Shown here piece after piece: positions 1-11,000 of a stretch of 52,764 nt of DNA (position 1 is the stretch's first letter; each line of letters starts with the position of its first letter). The DNA lies in contig MU271496.1 in assembly GCA_021432655.1 (NCBI GenBank), forward strand, positions 1-52,764. The letters run 5' to 3'. Source of the DNA: Atractiella rhizophila (taxonomy: Eukaryota). Position numbers and translations under genes: made by a program. The notes beneath the pieces were generated by a model that worked only from the letters and a program-made list of their open reading frames with translations, was not told where the DNA came from and ran no database searches.

Positions 1-456
1 CATCCTCCTGGTCCGAACGCCTGGTTCAAAATACGGCGGTACTTGATTTCAGGAAGGTAGATCAGCCCATCTATTTTCACATAATCTCAAACCCAAGACA
101 TACGCGAGCAAGAGAGGCATACCAGGTTTCATTTCGACGTCTGCCGGATCGATAGGCTTGAGCAGAATGTCTGCAATTTCCTTCTCGAAAGGCGCCTGTG
201 AGAGTCCGTAGAACGAAGTGCTCCAATCTTCCCCTTCTGCGTTCTCCCTAGACACCGCATCCACCGCATATGTCGCAGAGGGGAGCTTCGCTTCTGCCCT
301 CGCGGGGAAAGAGTTGGTGGTCGAGTTCGAGTAGCTCGCTGGACGTGCTGCCGTCGTCGCCCCGTTGGTAGAGGCTGATTTCGTAGCTGCTGGACCGGCG
401 GTCGTGTACCGTCTAGCGGTGCGGAGGAGTTGAGAGGAGTAGCGTAGGCGTTGCAT
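1..456 (-). CDS. MGM101: Mitochondrial genome maintenance protein Mgm101, 5' part (exon 456-123, intron 122-71, exon 70-1, continues off window)
   Basis: Removing the 52-nt GTATGC...AATAG intron gives DWSTSFYGLSQAPF...[29 protein letters not shown](W), the Mgm101 signature; Arg/Ser/Thr-rich N-terminus from ATG at 456 resembles a mitochondrial presequence. Confidence 0.93.
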
Positions 457-560
457 ATTCTCTTCGTTGTCTTTGCTTCCGAGTCTAACAAATGACTCAC
501 ACAGGCACAACAACGAACAAAAGGCGTTGGAGATGAAATAAATGGAACAGAGCAACGTCT

Positions 561-1510
561 ATGTGTACATTTCTTCTTAGAGTTTGCGGACAGCTTAAGA
601 CGAGGTGTCTCCAACTCTTGGTACTGAGAAATGAGCATCACTGCCATAATCGTCCATCGAATAGACTTTTATCGATGCACCTGGTCCTATGCTCCAGTCA
701 GCGTTTCCTCTCCCAGCAAGTTAACAAACAAACGGACCAAAATACTCCGCATAAATCCTGCTAAGCGTCAGGCCCAGTCCCAACCTCTTCTCCCAAAAGC
801 AAAAGCCCGCTCTTTGTCCCATTTTCTTTCTCCTCCATGCCATCCCTCTTCCCCCTTGCCTCTTCAGGTTTTTCGGTTGGTCTTTGGTCTTTCACGCTTC
901 CATCCAGCTTTGCCTCCCTCCTCGACTTGGCAATCATTTTCCTTCTCAAACACTGTATCGTTCGACATGACATTAATGGTCAGATAAAATGGTGCGAAGA
1001 AAAGATTCCTCGACGAGTGGTGGTGGAAAACGAAGAAGGGAGGGAGGAGGAGGACATGATGTCCGGATCTGTCGGACACTCTCTGGTACTATGGACAGGC
1101 GAGGGATACCACCGCTTGGTGTCTTTGAGTATTGGTCCGTACAGGAGGGAAGGGACCCTGGCTGAACCAATAGTCGAATAGTTATTGCACGCTGACCGAT
1201 CACCACCGTGGCAGTGATAGGGAGTCTGCAGGATGATCAAGGCGTTTCTGTTTTGTGGGTCTTATGGGGTTTCTGAGGAGCTCAAATATCACTATTGTTG
1301 TCTCCATCAGCCATTGCCAGACACAAGGTGAAGCAAAACGTACTCAAGATGTTCCTCGACATAGGAAACTTTCGCATCCCATCACCAACAAAATCCAGAA
1401 TGAAAATCCCGAGCTTGTCGTCCACCTTCTCCCCTCTCGCCTCCTACAGCCTCAACATTTCAGCTTCCTATCCACAATCCATCCTCCTTCCCCTCTTCTC
1501 TTCAAATTGA
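561..1510 (+). CDS. Putative multi-exon gene of unknown function, divergent from MGM101
   Basis: Successive protein-like ORF pieces (DFYRCTWSYAPVS..., FSVGLWSFTLPSSFASLLDLAIIFLLKH..., IARHKVKQNVLKMFLDIGNF...) and plausible GT-AG introns (e.g. 621-664); exon structure and start not resolved. Confidence 0.35.
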
Positions 1511-1653
1511 CGCGAAAGCGGAATGTAGCCTAGTCTACCCCGCGAAGAGTATCAACTGATGCAGGGAACTGGGAATCTGGGGCAGGAGCATCAGTCTCGA
1601 CAGTCTTGTTGGGTAGAATGGTGGCCTAAAAACATGTTCAATCACTTTCTACA

Positions 1654-2643
1654 TAAGCTTGGCGACAAGCCTCCTCCAAAGGAGGAGGCTTGCGACGGAG
1701 CCGAAACGGTCGGCTTGACCTTCGGCGAATTTTTGGCACTTTCGACTTCAACTCGACCTACCGTGGTCCCAATGAACAAGAGGGAGAAGTGGTTGGTAGC
1801 GGTAGAAAGAGCTGGCTCTAGACTACTAGGCTGCCATACAGCTAAGGGGGAGAGCGGGTAACGGGGGAGAAATTTCGGTTTGAAATCGGTGTGTCTTCCC
1901 GTGTTTTGGTCAGAATGGGTTACTTCTCCAGTGAAATTCCCGAGCTTTCTGAGACTCTTCCACACCCTACACTGAGATGCTAACACCTTCAACTTCTAGA
2001 CTACTGCGCCGCTATACAGCTAAGGGGGAGAACGGGTAACGTGGGAGGAATTTCAGTTTGAAAGTAGTGAGTGTTCCCATCTTCACATACTATTGTGATG
2101 AGTCCAGGATCTATTCAGGTCTCACCACTTCCAATTCAGGTTTCCGTTTCTTGTTTTGTAGTCCATAACAGCGAAATGAAATACATTTCATTGGCAGAAT
2201 ACTCCCAAAGCGACATTATGTCATAGCAGTGAACCCATTTGCACAAGTGAGCCTGATGAGAAGGTAACTATGGAAATTTCTGCAGCCCTATCACCCACTA
2301 ACAAAGTAGAAGGTGTTAGAATGTCAGTAGGGTGTGGAAGATTCTCAGAAGCTCTGGAATTTCACTAGAGAAGTAACCCCATCCTGACCAAAACACTGGA
2401 CGACACATCAATTTCAAACCGAGATTTCTCTCCCGTTACCCGCTCTCCCCCTTAGTTGTATGGCAGCCTAGTAGTCTAGAGCCAGCTCTTTCTACCGCTA
2501 CCAACCACTTCTCCCTCTTGTTCATTGGGACCACGGTAGGTCGAGTTGAAGTCGAAAGTGCCAAAAATTCGCCGAAGGTCAAGCCGACCGCTTCGGCTCC
2601 GTCGCAAGCCTCCTCCCTTGGAGGAGGCTTGTCGCCAAGCTTA
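1654..2643. mobile_element. Non-autonomous Mutator-like (MULE/foldback) element
   Basis: ~335-bp terminal inverted repeats (1654-1990 / 2309-2643, ends TAAGCTTGGCGAC) flanked by an exact 9-bp direct repeat CTTTCTACA (1645-1653, 2644-2652); no transposase ORF. Confidence 0.85.
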
Positions 2644-4159
2644 CTTTCTACACTTGGACGAGATGACGTGACCCAACCGCCAGCTCCCTTCTCATGGGAT
2701 TATTCCTTTGTTGCAGACAGTAGCGCACATCATCAGGAATTAAATATTTTCGACGGACCGAACTCGCCCTCAGTGTCAACCCTGCCGTGGTGGATTAGCC
2801 ACATTCATAAATTTCATATCCAACTCTCATTTCAGTATCTGTGTAGCCACTGTAGCGTGGATATCGACCCTTGATCTAGGATGAGAGTCATGCCACCGTG
2901 CTGATCTACGGCATGGGTAAATAGAATGGAGCAGATGAAGCAGGGAAAGAACAAAAAAAGATACAGACACCAGTGCGTCCTTTCTTTCGCACTAAACAGG
3001 GATAAGCGTGAAGTAATAATTTGTCAAACAATGTCATCTCCAGGCCTATGTATGGCCCAAAACCTATTGTCCTTGAAAATTCACTTTTTTAGCACAGTAA
3101 GCTGAACCAAGCTGCTCGTGTATTGGGGCTTTCATTGGATAATCAACAAATATCACTGTGTTTTGGTCTCTAACTAACCTCGCTACTACAATCGAGGTGT
3201 AGGGAGACCAACTTGATGCTCGACAGATGTGTCAAGAATGAAAAGGCTTCATTGATAGACCTGTATTGTTTTATATCCTGGTTGGTCAGGCGTACTCGCA
3301 TTTCGGGCCTGTTTTCTTCTTTTGTGAAATTGTGTCAAATTATCTTCGTTGCAGCTCGCGCAATTTAATCAATCCCGAGCCACAGGATTAATCTGTAAGG
3401 CAACGTTGACTTCGAATTCCTTGTTTTCTGTCTGAACAATCGTGTGGTCGTCAGGCTTCCAACGAAACTCTGTCACTGGCAGTTTCACCAGCAACACTGC
3501 TCTTATTCCTGCCTCAATCAGATCGAATCAGACTTGTCACAAATTTTCATTTCCTCTTTCAACGTGGAAGAGGATCAGACGAAGTGCCACAATGTCTGGG
3601 TGTGCTTATTTTACCTGGTTTCCGATGCTGGGATAGAAATAATTCTGCTCACACTACAGTGGGCAGCATAACTGACGGCAAGGAGAGCAGGAGTACAGGT
3701 TTTACAATATGATTGCAATAAGTTGCTGATATGACCTTCCACCAAACATGTTCCAGCGAGGCGCAGTCCTTCAAGTGTTGATCTCGATCAACGGAAGCCT
3801 TCACCGTCCGGACGCCAGTTCAGTGGCAGCCCAAACAGTCGCCTAATCCATCAACTCCCACAAACGGTTCTACGACCCCCATCCTCGCCATTGCGATGTC
3901 TGATCACTTCCCTGAGAATATCGATATGGTCGAAGCTTGCCCATGCGATGATGTGCAGCAAGCTTGCTTTCTCCATCTCTTGTGCTTAACATGGATTCGT
4001 GGGGTTTGGTCCGGCGTATCTTCTCTGGGAATGATGGAGAGGGAGATGGCGCAAGTTGGACAACGCACTGATGCGCCGCAGGCATGACCTGATCTTTTCC
4101 CTCACTTGTCTCGTTTAACATGAATTTGTGGGCTTTAGTCCCGCACATCTTCTCAGGGA

Positions 4160-5878
4160 ATGATGGCTGAGGAAACATTGATTTCACCGAAGGATGATCA
4201 AGGAACAGAGTCCATGGCACTAGCCCATCTCATCACCCCAGTAACATTACGACATCGCAGTCCAATCCACCTCTCCATTCTTCCCTCTTTCCTTTCTCGC
4301 CTACCTCCATCAATTCACACGCTCTGGATCACGTTTGTCTTACCTATTCGATTCTGGAGCGAGGATTATGGGCCGTCGAAATCATCCTACTTCTCTCTGG
4401 CAGGTCTCGAAAATGAAGTAGAACCCGACGGGACAGTGATTCTTTGCGTCGCGTTGGAGGAGGAAAGTATTGCAGTCACTTTTGGGGATACCAAACATCA
4501 TGCATCCGTTGAATTTGAGGGCCTGTATCGGAAGCCCTTCACATGCACTTTTCGTCTTCCAGATAATCGCTCTCAGGTCCTCTTTGAACCCGTTGCCCTA
4601 TACTCCAAGTGGCAACGGCGTTTCATTCCTCTCAGCGAATGGGAGGAATCAACCATCCCATCTACAGGTCTGGGGACCACCATCCAACTCTCCCTCTACA
4701 AAACTCGACCTACAGGTATTAGTTTATGCAGTATCACACACCTTCCTACTGAGATCCTCTCACTCATCTTCGAGTTTCTTTCATTCGATAAATATGAGGA
4801 GCTTAGAGAAGGTACTGGACGTCTCGTTTCCTTCGAGCAACTTTCTGACGTCTGTCAGCTCTGGAAGGCTGTTTCAGTCCAATATTTGGATGATGATATA
4901 TCTATGAAGGAGAGGCATGCTCGTTTGACAGCTTATCCTAATGCCGGGCTTTCGTGGTCATCCCTCTGGTTTATGAAACAGCTTGACGATGACAGCGTTG
5001 AGATGGCGAAAGACGCCATCGCTGGCTCGCCGAATGTTACGGAGGTGGAGCTGAATGCATTGTGGAATGAAGAGCAGGCAAAGATTGTGTTGCATGCGAT
5101 TGAAGGCTTGACGAGGTTGGATTGCATAACATTTATTGGGCCAAGTTCGATAAAGTGGAAGAAGGATGTGGTCGAGAATTTTACGCGGAGGATGGGTGAC
5201 AGGATCAGAACCTTCCATGCTTACGACGTGGAGGACTCTGCCTCATTGACATCACCAGGCCTTCAATTGTCATCTGACCTCAAAATCCTAACGCTTTACA
5301 AATACCCGCCTCTCCCATCGCTCTCTCTCCCACTCACTCTCACATGGCTGAATCTCTCCAACCTGTGTCCCCTCCCTCCCTCCGTCTCAGGCTCCTGTCT
5401 ACCGCCTCTTCTAGATTGGCTCCAGATCACCCTCGCCCCCTACTCGCCGGATGGAAAGATCTCCATCCTACCCACTCCGCTCGACCTATCACACCTGAAA
5501 CATCTGACCGGACTCTCCCTCGACGGCGGTGAGGAAACTTCAAACCTTGTTTCCCCCCAGCTCTTCCAAACCCTCAGAAATGCAAAAGCGATAAAGTACA
5601 TAGATGTTCGGTACTGTATGGTGGACTGGGGATTCAAAGGGTTCGTATTCTCAGATTTCATCTGCTGGTTCTTTGGAGGCGGGGAGGTGAAGGAGGAGGG
5701 GGATATGGAGGATGGAGCTGAAAAGGTGAAGACGACGAGAGGACGCAACTTGAGGGTTCAGCTATTCTTTGGAGGGTGGCTTGAGGACGAGATATGCAAG
5801 GCAAGGAGCACATTGAGAGAGTTTGGTGTGAGCAAGAAGGATAAAAATACATGGGTTCGGGAGGGAGGGGAGGAGTGA
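4160..5878 (+). CDS. F-box/LRR protein, copy A (572 aa; start codon uncertain, alternative ATG at 4213)
   Basis: Uninterrupted ORF; F-box motif ITHLPTEILSLIFEFL...LSDVCQLWKAVS; C-terminal LxxLxL repeats (LKILTL, LTWLNL, LDWLQI, LTGLSL). Confidence 0.85.
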   Translation: MMAEETLISPKDDQGTESMALAHLITPVTLRHRSPIHLSILPSFLSRLPPSIHTLWITFVLPIRFWSEDYGPSKSSYFSLAGLENEVEPDGTVILCVALEEESIAVTFGDTKHHASVEFEGLYRKPFTCTFRLPDNRSQVLFEPVALYSKWQRRFIPLSEWEESTIPSTGLGTTIQLSLYKTRPTGISLCSITHLPTEILSLIFEFLSFDKYEELREGTGRLVSFEQLSDVCQLWKAVSVQYLDDDISMKERHARLTAYPNAGLSWSSLWFMKQLDDDSVEMAKDAIAGSPNVTEVELNALWNEEQAKIVLHAIEGLTRLDCITFIGPSSIKWKKDVVENFTRRMGDRIRTFHAYDVEDSASLTSPGLQLSSDLKILTLYKYPPLPSLSLPLTLTWLNLSNLCPLPPSVSGSCLPPLLDWLQITLAPYSPDGKISILPTPLDLSHLKHLTGLSLDGGEETSNLVSPQLFQTLRNAKAIKYIDVRYCMVDWGFKGFVFSDFICWFFGGGEVKEEGDMEDGAEKVKTTRGRNLRVQLFFGGWLEDEICKARSTLREFGVSKKDKNTWVREGGEE

Positions 5879-6842
5879 TGCTGGAGGTACAGATTTCGTC
5901 TGTGTTCTAGAGAAGAAAGAGAAGAAGGTGCACAGTTCGTATCCATCTACTCATCTAACGCAGAATTGAAAAGATGCGGGTTCATATAGGACGACGTCAA
6001 TCATCCATCCCTAGCTCTATTCATCGTATCACATCTCACAAATCTCTCCTCCTTCGTGCCCAACACCTCACACTCGACAATTGCAAGACATCTTCAACCC
6101 CGTTCGCACCAAATCCTTCTGCATGCACTGTTAGAGTCCAATGTCGTTAAAGTTTCCTATGTCCTACTTCCCGGAGTGATTCGGTTTAATAAAGTTTATC
6201 GAAGAGGGATATGGACAATGATGGATGGGGGGAGGGGGGGAGGATTACTTAGTTCCTTGAAGAGGTATATGAGGAGATTCGGTTTGTGAGGAGGATGCTT
6301 TCTGTGTGTATTACGGGTGTCTACTCTCATGCAAACAATTCCGCTAATTCCCTGTAAAAGGGTTTAAGACATCAAATTCCACCCAGAAAGTGTCACAGTG
6401 CGGGATCTTGGTTAAGCTGTTCTCACGGTTGACGATGACTCGTGCGTTCCGATGACGGACCAATTGGCACTTGCTGTCGGAGGTCGAAGACGTGATACAA
6501 TGCCAACAATGGAATTCCTTCAGCCCCTGGTTGAAGGACAAAGTTCCCATCTTGTTGTCCCTTCATTCCTTAATCTTTGTCCAAAGAGTTCCATTTAAGC
6601 ATTCTTCGAGGTTCGGTCATTGTCATGATTGCGTTCTCTTCATCCTCTGCCTTCGCTTCCTAGAAACGTGCATCACCCAGTGTCAACCTCAGAACATCAC
6701 AGCAGAGGGGAGAGACGAACCTGAGCGGTCCTAAAAGCGCGGATTGCATTTTTGAATATAAAGCGATGTGTGATGTGCGTCTCAGCAGTCTACGAGCCCC
6801 TAGTGCTTGCTCCGAACACCCGGTTCGTATTCATTGAGCAAA

Positions 6843-9800
6843 TCAATAAGTACGAAGCGTCAGAGCAAAGTTATAGTGCAAGAGGTAGAAGGGAGGTCGA
6901 CCGGGAAAACCGTTGACGGTCACATCCTTCGTGAGGATGGCAGTGATGGCCGCCTGGACGAACTCGTTGCCTATTCCGGCTTGGGTGTACATTCTGCCGT
7001 CCTTGACAAGGTAGACGGCCTGAATGCACTTCTGTTCTCGTCCATCTATCACCATCAGTACATCAATCTTCAAAATGTCGGATGGAAAGCAAGGACACAC
7101 GCACTTCGCCCCTATGCAGTCTACGTGGAGGTCGATACTCCAATCCCTAGTATGCAACCTTGAACTTCTCCTTCATGATCCCCGCGGTCTTCATCGAGTA
7201 CGCTATCCTCTGCTCTCCCTCCTTCACTAAACCACAAACGCAAAACACGGCGGGCAAAAGAAAGATAAACGTGAGTCAAGCCATGCATAAGAGACGTTAC
7301 AGTTGGACGCACGTTTGGGACATGAAAGTCTCTGATTCCACATACATATTTGCGAAGCCAGCCTGCCGCTCATGACTGTCGACGGCGATTCTCCTTCTAC
7401 CGCGCCAACGCCTTCCCGACTGCCTGTGCGAGGACTCCTACTAGCTCGGCTCTTCACAACACCATTGGTATTTTTCTTTTGCCGATAGAGCAGAAGAAGG
7501 GGGAGGAAGACGAACCCGCAGATGGCGACGTTCAACCCAGCTTTCGTCGACTACGACGTGCCACACTTTGGACTGCCACGGAGAGCGGTCCTGCCATCAC
7601 TTCTCCTCTTAGGGAAACGTTCTATCCATTCGGTTTCGTTGATCAAGATATTCCATGGGAGCAGAGGGAATGGAACACACATCCTGAAGTTTGTAGGCGC
7701 TTTCCAGCACAGAAATGATAAGTGAGCGATCGGGGAGATGAGTAGACGAGAGGAGCGGTCGTAAAGGTCGTCTCGGAACTTGTAGAACCCTTCAAGAGTT
7801 CCGTCCTGTCATCCAATGCGGTTAGCGCCCAAACATGTACCACAAAGAGGACAAAAGAATGGGAAAAACTCACAAAGGAAGGGTAGCGGCGAACTTGATG
7901 GAAGGCATAGCTCATGCCTTGCCGCTGTGCAGTCGTAAGATGTCCTAAAAGTCACTCTCCGGGCTAAAGTGCGACGCGATCTCCCCTTCTTGAGATGTTT
8001 GACTTTGGGCCAAACAATGTTCATTTTCTTAGCAAGAGGATGAGAGACGGGCAGCGGGGAGAGGTAGAAACGGAGAGCGACTACGCAGGCAGTTTCATGA
8101 CTCAAGACCATAGACCATAGCTACTTTGATGCTGAAATTCATGATCTTCCCATTCGGGGACGTCGGAATCACAGACGCCTCTGCGCGGATCCTGCTTCCA
8201 TCATTTGCGTTGCAAGTTGGGCACAGGAAGAAAAGGATGACAGACGGCAGCGGTGAGATCTTGCGATATCTTGCGCATTCGGAACGCGCCGCGTCGCGAA
8301 TGTGACCCGTGAAAGCGAAATCGAATGGGATTTCGGTTAAGTCATCAGAAATGGCCTGACTGCTCCAGCTACGTTCATTTCCTCCGCCTCCGCAAGCAGT
8401 CACTAGTCCGCGGTCTCTGAACATCCTCCATCGTCTCTCGATCTCCGAGTCCGCCGCCCTTCGCTCTTTCTCGCTCTGAGCTAGCCGTTTCTTTCATGCA
8501 GCCCCATGCCTCACTCCTCTTGCGTCTCGCTGGTCTCCTTCGCTGTGGATAGTGCTGGTGTCCCTCTCCTATCCCAGTCACCTTCGGCATCACCTCCGGC
8601 TCCTCTCTCCTCTTCAGTACTCTTCACCGTAGCTATCCCCCACCGTCCCCTTCTGCTGCTGATGGAACCTTCCTAAGACCACGGGTGATAGAGTCGGTAC
8701 GAACCAAAATACTTGGACAGCTGGTGACAGAGCACGCTCGACAGGGTGGCGACGCGCAGGGAGGGTAGACGGTAGTGGGGGTGTGCGCAAGTGATGAATG
8801 GACAAGTGCAATTAGCGCGAAGAAGGGAAGAAGGGAAGGAATAAAGATACATTGCCAACAGAATGTAATGGAAGGCGAAGTGTGACAAAGATCGAAGGGA
8901 CAGAGTGGTACGAGAGAAGAGGTGACCGTCTCGTCCCCTCTCCCTCTGTTTGCATTTGCGTTTACTGACATAGGTATTAGGTTTCTCTCCCGTCACCCTA
9001 GTAGCCATCGCCCTTCTCCCCCTGCAACTCCGTCCCGCCTCAGCGCTGCTCGTCCCTCCCCGCGTCCTGACTTACCCTCACTGCCGGGCTAAGAAGCGAG
9101 AGGGCAGTTAGGAGGAAGCAGGAAGGGTCGCCCCGCTGCACCAGTCTCAATACCTCAAATCCGACCTATCCGTCTTTCCCCTAACCCTTGCCACACCTCT
9201 CGCCTCTCTCGCTCCATCATCGCTTTCTCCCTACACCCCCGTCGACATCCATCATTCTTCGCTCCTACACCAACCTTTCTGTCCTCCAAAATGAACGCCA
9301 GGCCGAGTTGGACGTCGGATCGCCAAAGCAGAGGACGGAGTGAGACAGCGGGTAGGGGATTGAGCCTGGACATCGGAGAGGCATGATATGCTTTCTCTCA
9401 CCCACGGTTGCCCTGTCGCTTTGCCTCGCTCTCTACCATTCCCACCCCCGCTTCAGCCGTCCCTCGACTCTGAGCAACTTGCTTCACCGTAGACATCGCA
9501 AGTCAACCGCGAAGCGTAGTAAGGCGCGTGATGGCGAAGGAGGTGGACTGTGGCTCAGATGCGGTCGGAAGGGGTTCAGAGAAAAGTCCCTGCCAACCTG
9601 TTCGCCCAGCCCGCTCGTGCCGCCCTCGTTCGCCGCCTCGCCCATTCTCTTGCCCTCCACTATTGCCTATTCCCCCTCCAATCCCCGCACAATGGTGATC
9701 TAAGGCTAACCCAGAGCACGGTAGACACATCAAATGGCAAAAAACTTGGACAGAGGGAACAACATTGGTTGCTGATCGATCACAGAAGGAAGAGAGAGTG

Positions 9801-11000
9801 ACCGTCCCGGCGTCTCTCCCGCTCCTTTTTTGACATTCGCCAACTCATTTTGCCTCACTTACCCTCTCACTCCACTTCGCATCCCTCTCCGCCTATGTTC
9901 ACCGTTCATTTCCACCAACCTGTCCGCCTTTTCGCATTCTCGCCTCGTTGGGCTTTCCTCTCTCCCGGAGTGTATTTTCTTTCTCCCTTCCTCTCTCCCT
10001 GATACAAGTGTCCTTAATAACACGCGCACTAGATCCGTTGCGCCCCCCTTTCTGCTAGTCTCAATCCACCTCCTCTCGCACTCCACCGTCCCTCACGCCT
10101 CCACCAAGCCTGTGGAGCGCACCGAAGTCGAATGTGGGCTGAATGTTGGACGTCGCAGAGCGAAAGGGGAAGGAAGAAGTGTCACGAAGCCGACAATCAA
10201 CGTGGGATGTCACAGCGACGCCTCGCATTTTCTTTCCAACTTCTGTTCGCACTCCCGTTCGATCCCTCCTCGCCCATGTTCCATCCCGCTCTCCTACTCT
10301 CTCTCCCACCTCATTCTCCTATCCTCCGTTGCACTCCGGCTCGCATTACATAGATCACCTTCGCCCTACGCTTGCTTCGTGACATCGATGTCAAAAAAGA
10401 GATAGCTGATGGACAAAGAGGAGGGGAATGTGGGCAGTGATGGATCAGGCCACAAGTGGACGTCTAGGTCAGTCCCTCTCGTGCTCCTAAGCCTCTACCA
10501 TCCATCCCTTTAATCTCCCACTACTGACTCAAATGTCATATAACTTCTCGCAAGTGGCCACGTCTGCCTCCTCTGTCATCCTGATTGCTAACTGCCCTCC
10601 ATAATGTCCCAGCCCTATCTAGCCTTGCTCTCACAATCAGATATGGACGAAGCATCAGTATCAGGCGTTCTGCCTAGCGCTTGCAGTGTAATTTAGGTAC
10701 TGGTATTGCAAGGGATTTCAGTTCTTTTGCATATTTTAGGCTTTCCTGTGACATTAGTGCGAGGAAACCAAAGCCTTCAATGTCCGGACGCCGACTTCCA
10801 CCCAACACCATTCGAATTGCAAACGGCCACGTAATCCATAGACTCCCACGAACGGTTATGCGATCTCCATCTTCACGAGTTGGTGATATCTGATTTGCCT
10901 GATCATTGCGCCGAGAACGTCGAGATGGTTCAAGTTGGACAATGCACTGATGAGCTGCAGGCATGATTTGATCTCTCTGCGTTGTCTCGTTTAATGTGCG
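6843..11000 (-). pseudogene. Degenerate multi-exon gene ('gene X') of array unit B, head-to-head with F-box copy B
   Basis: DNA aligns by eye with 41700-46500 and 46850-51500; shared peptides (EFVQAAITAILTKD vs EFVQVPITAVLTKE; ATDLVRVLLRTLV vs ARDLVCMSVRTLV); many stops/frameshifts; boundaries approximate. Confidence 0.45.

Noticed and set aside
631..760. CENP-L/Fta1-like identity for the gene next to MGM101 (FYRCTWSYAPVS)
   Set aside because: Resemblance is limited to one short motif; needs a profile search
1559..2874. ORFs 1559-1861, 1642-1992 and 2518-2874 as genes
   Set aside because: They are mirror-image translations of the MULE terminal inverted repeats
3000..3750. Broken minus-strand frame (LIEAGIRAVLLVKLPVTEFRWKPDD...)
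   Set aside because: Protein-like but stop-ridden and unidentifiable; not supportable as a feature
7330..7620. PD-(D/E)xK/Crinkler-type nuclease reading (FFCSIGKKK...LAQAVGKALA) in gene X
   Set aside because: That frame has several stops, and paralogue D conserves a different frame (PRT.S...VE.E...MS)
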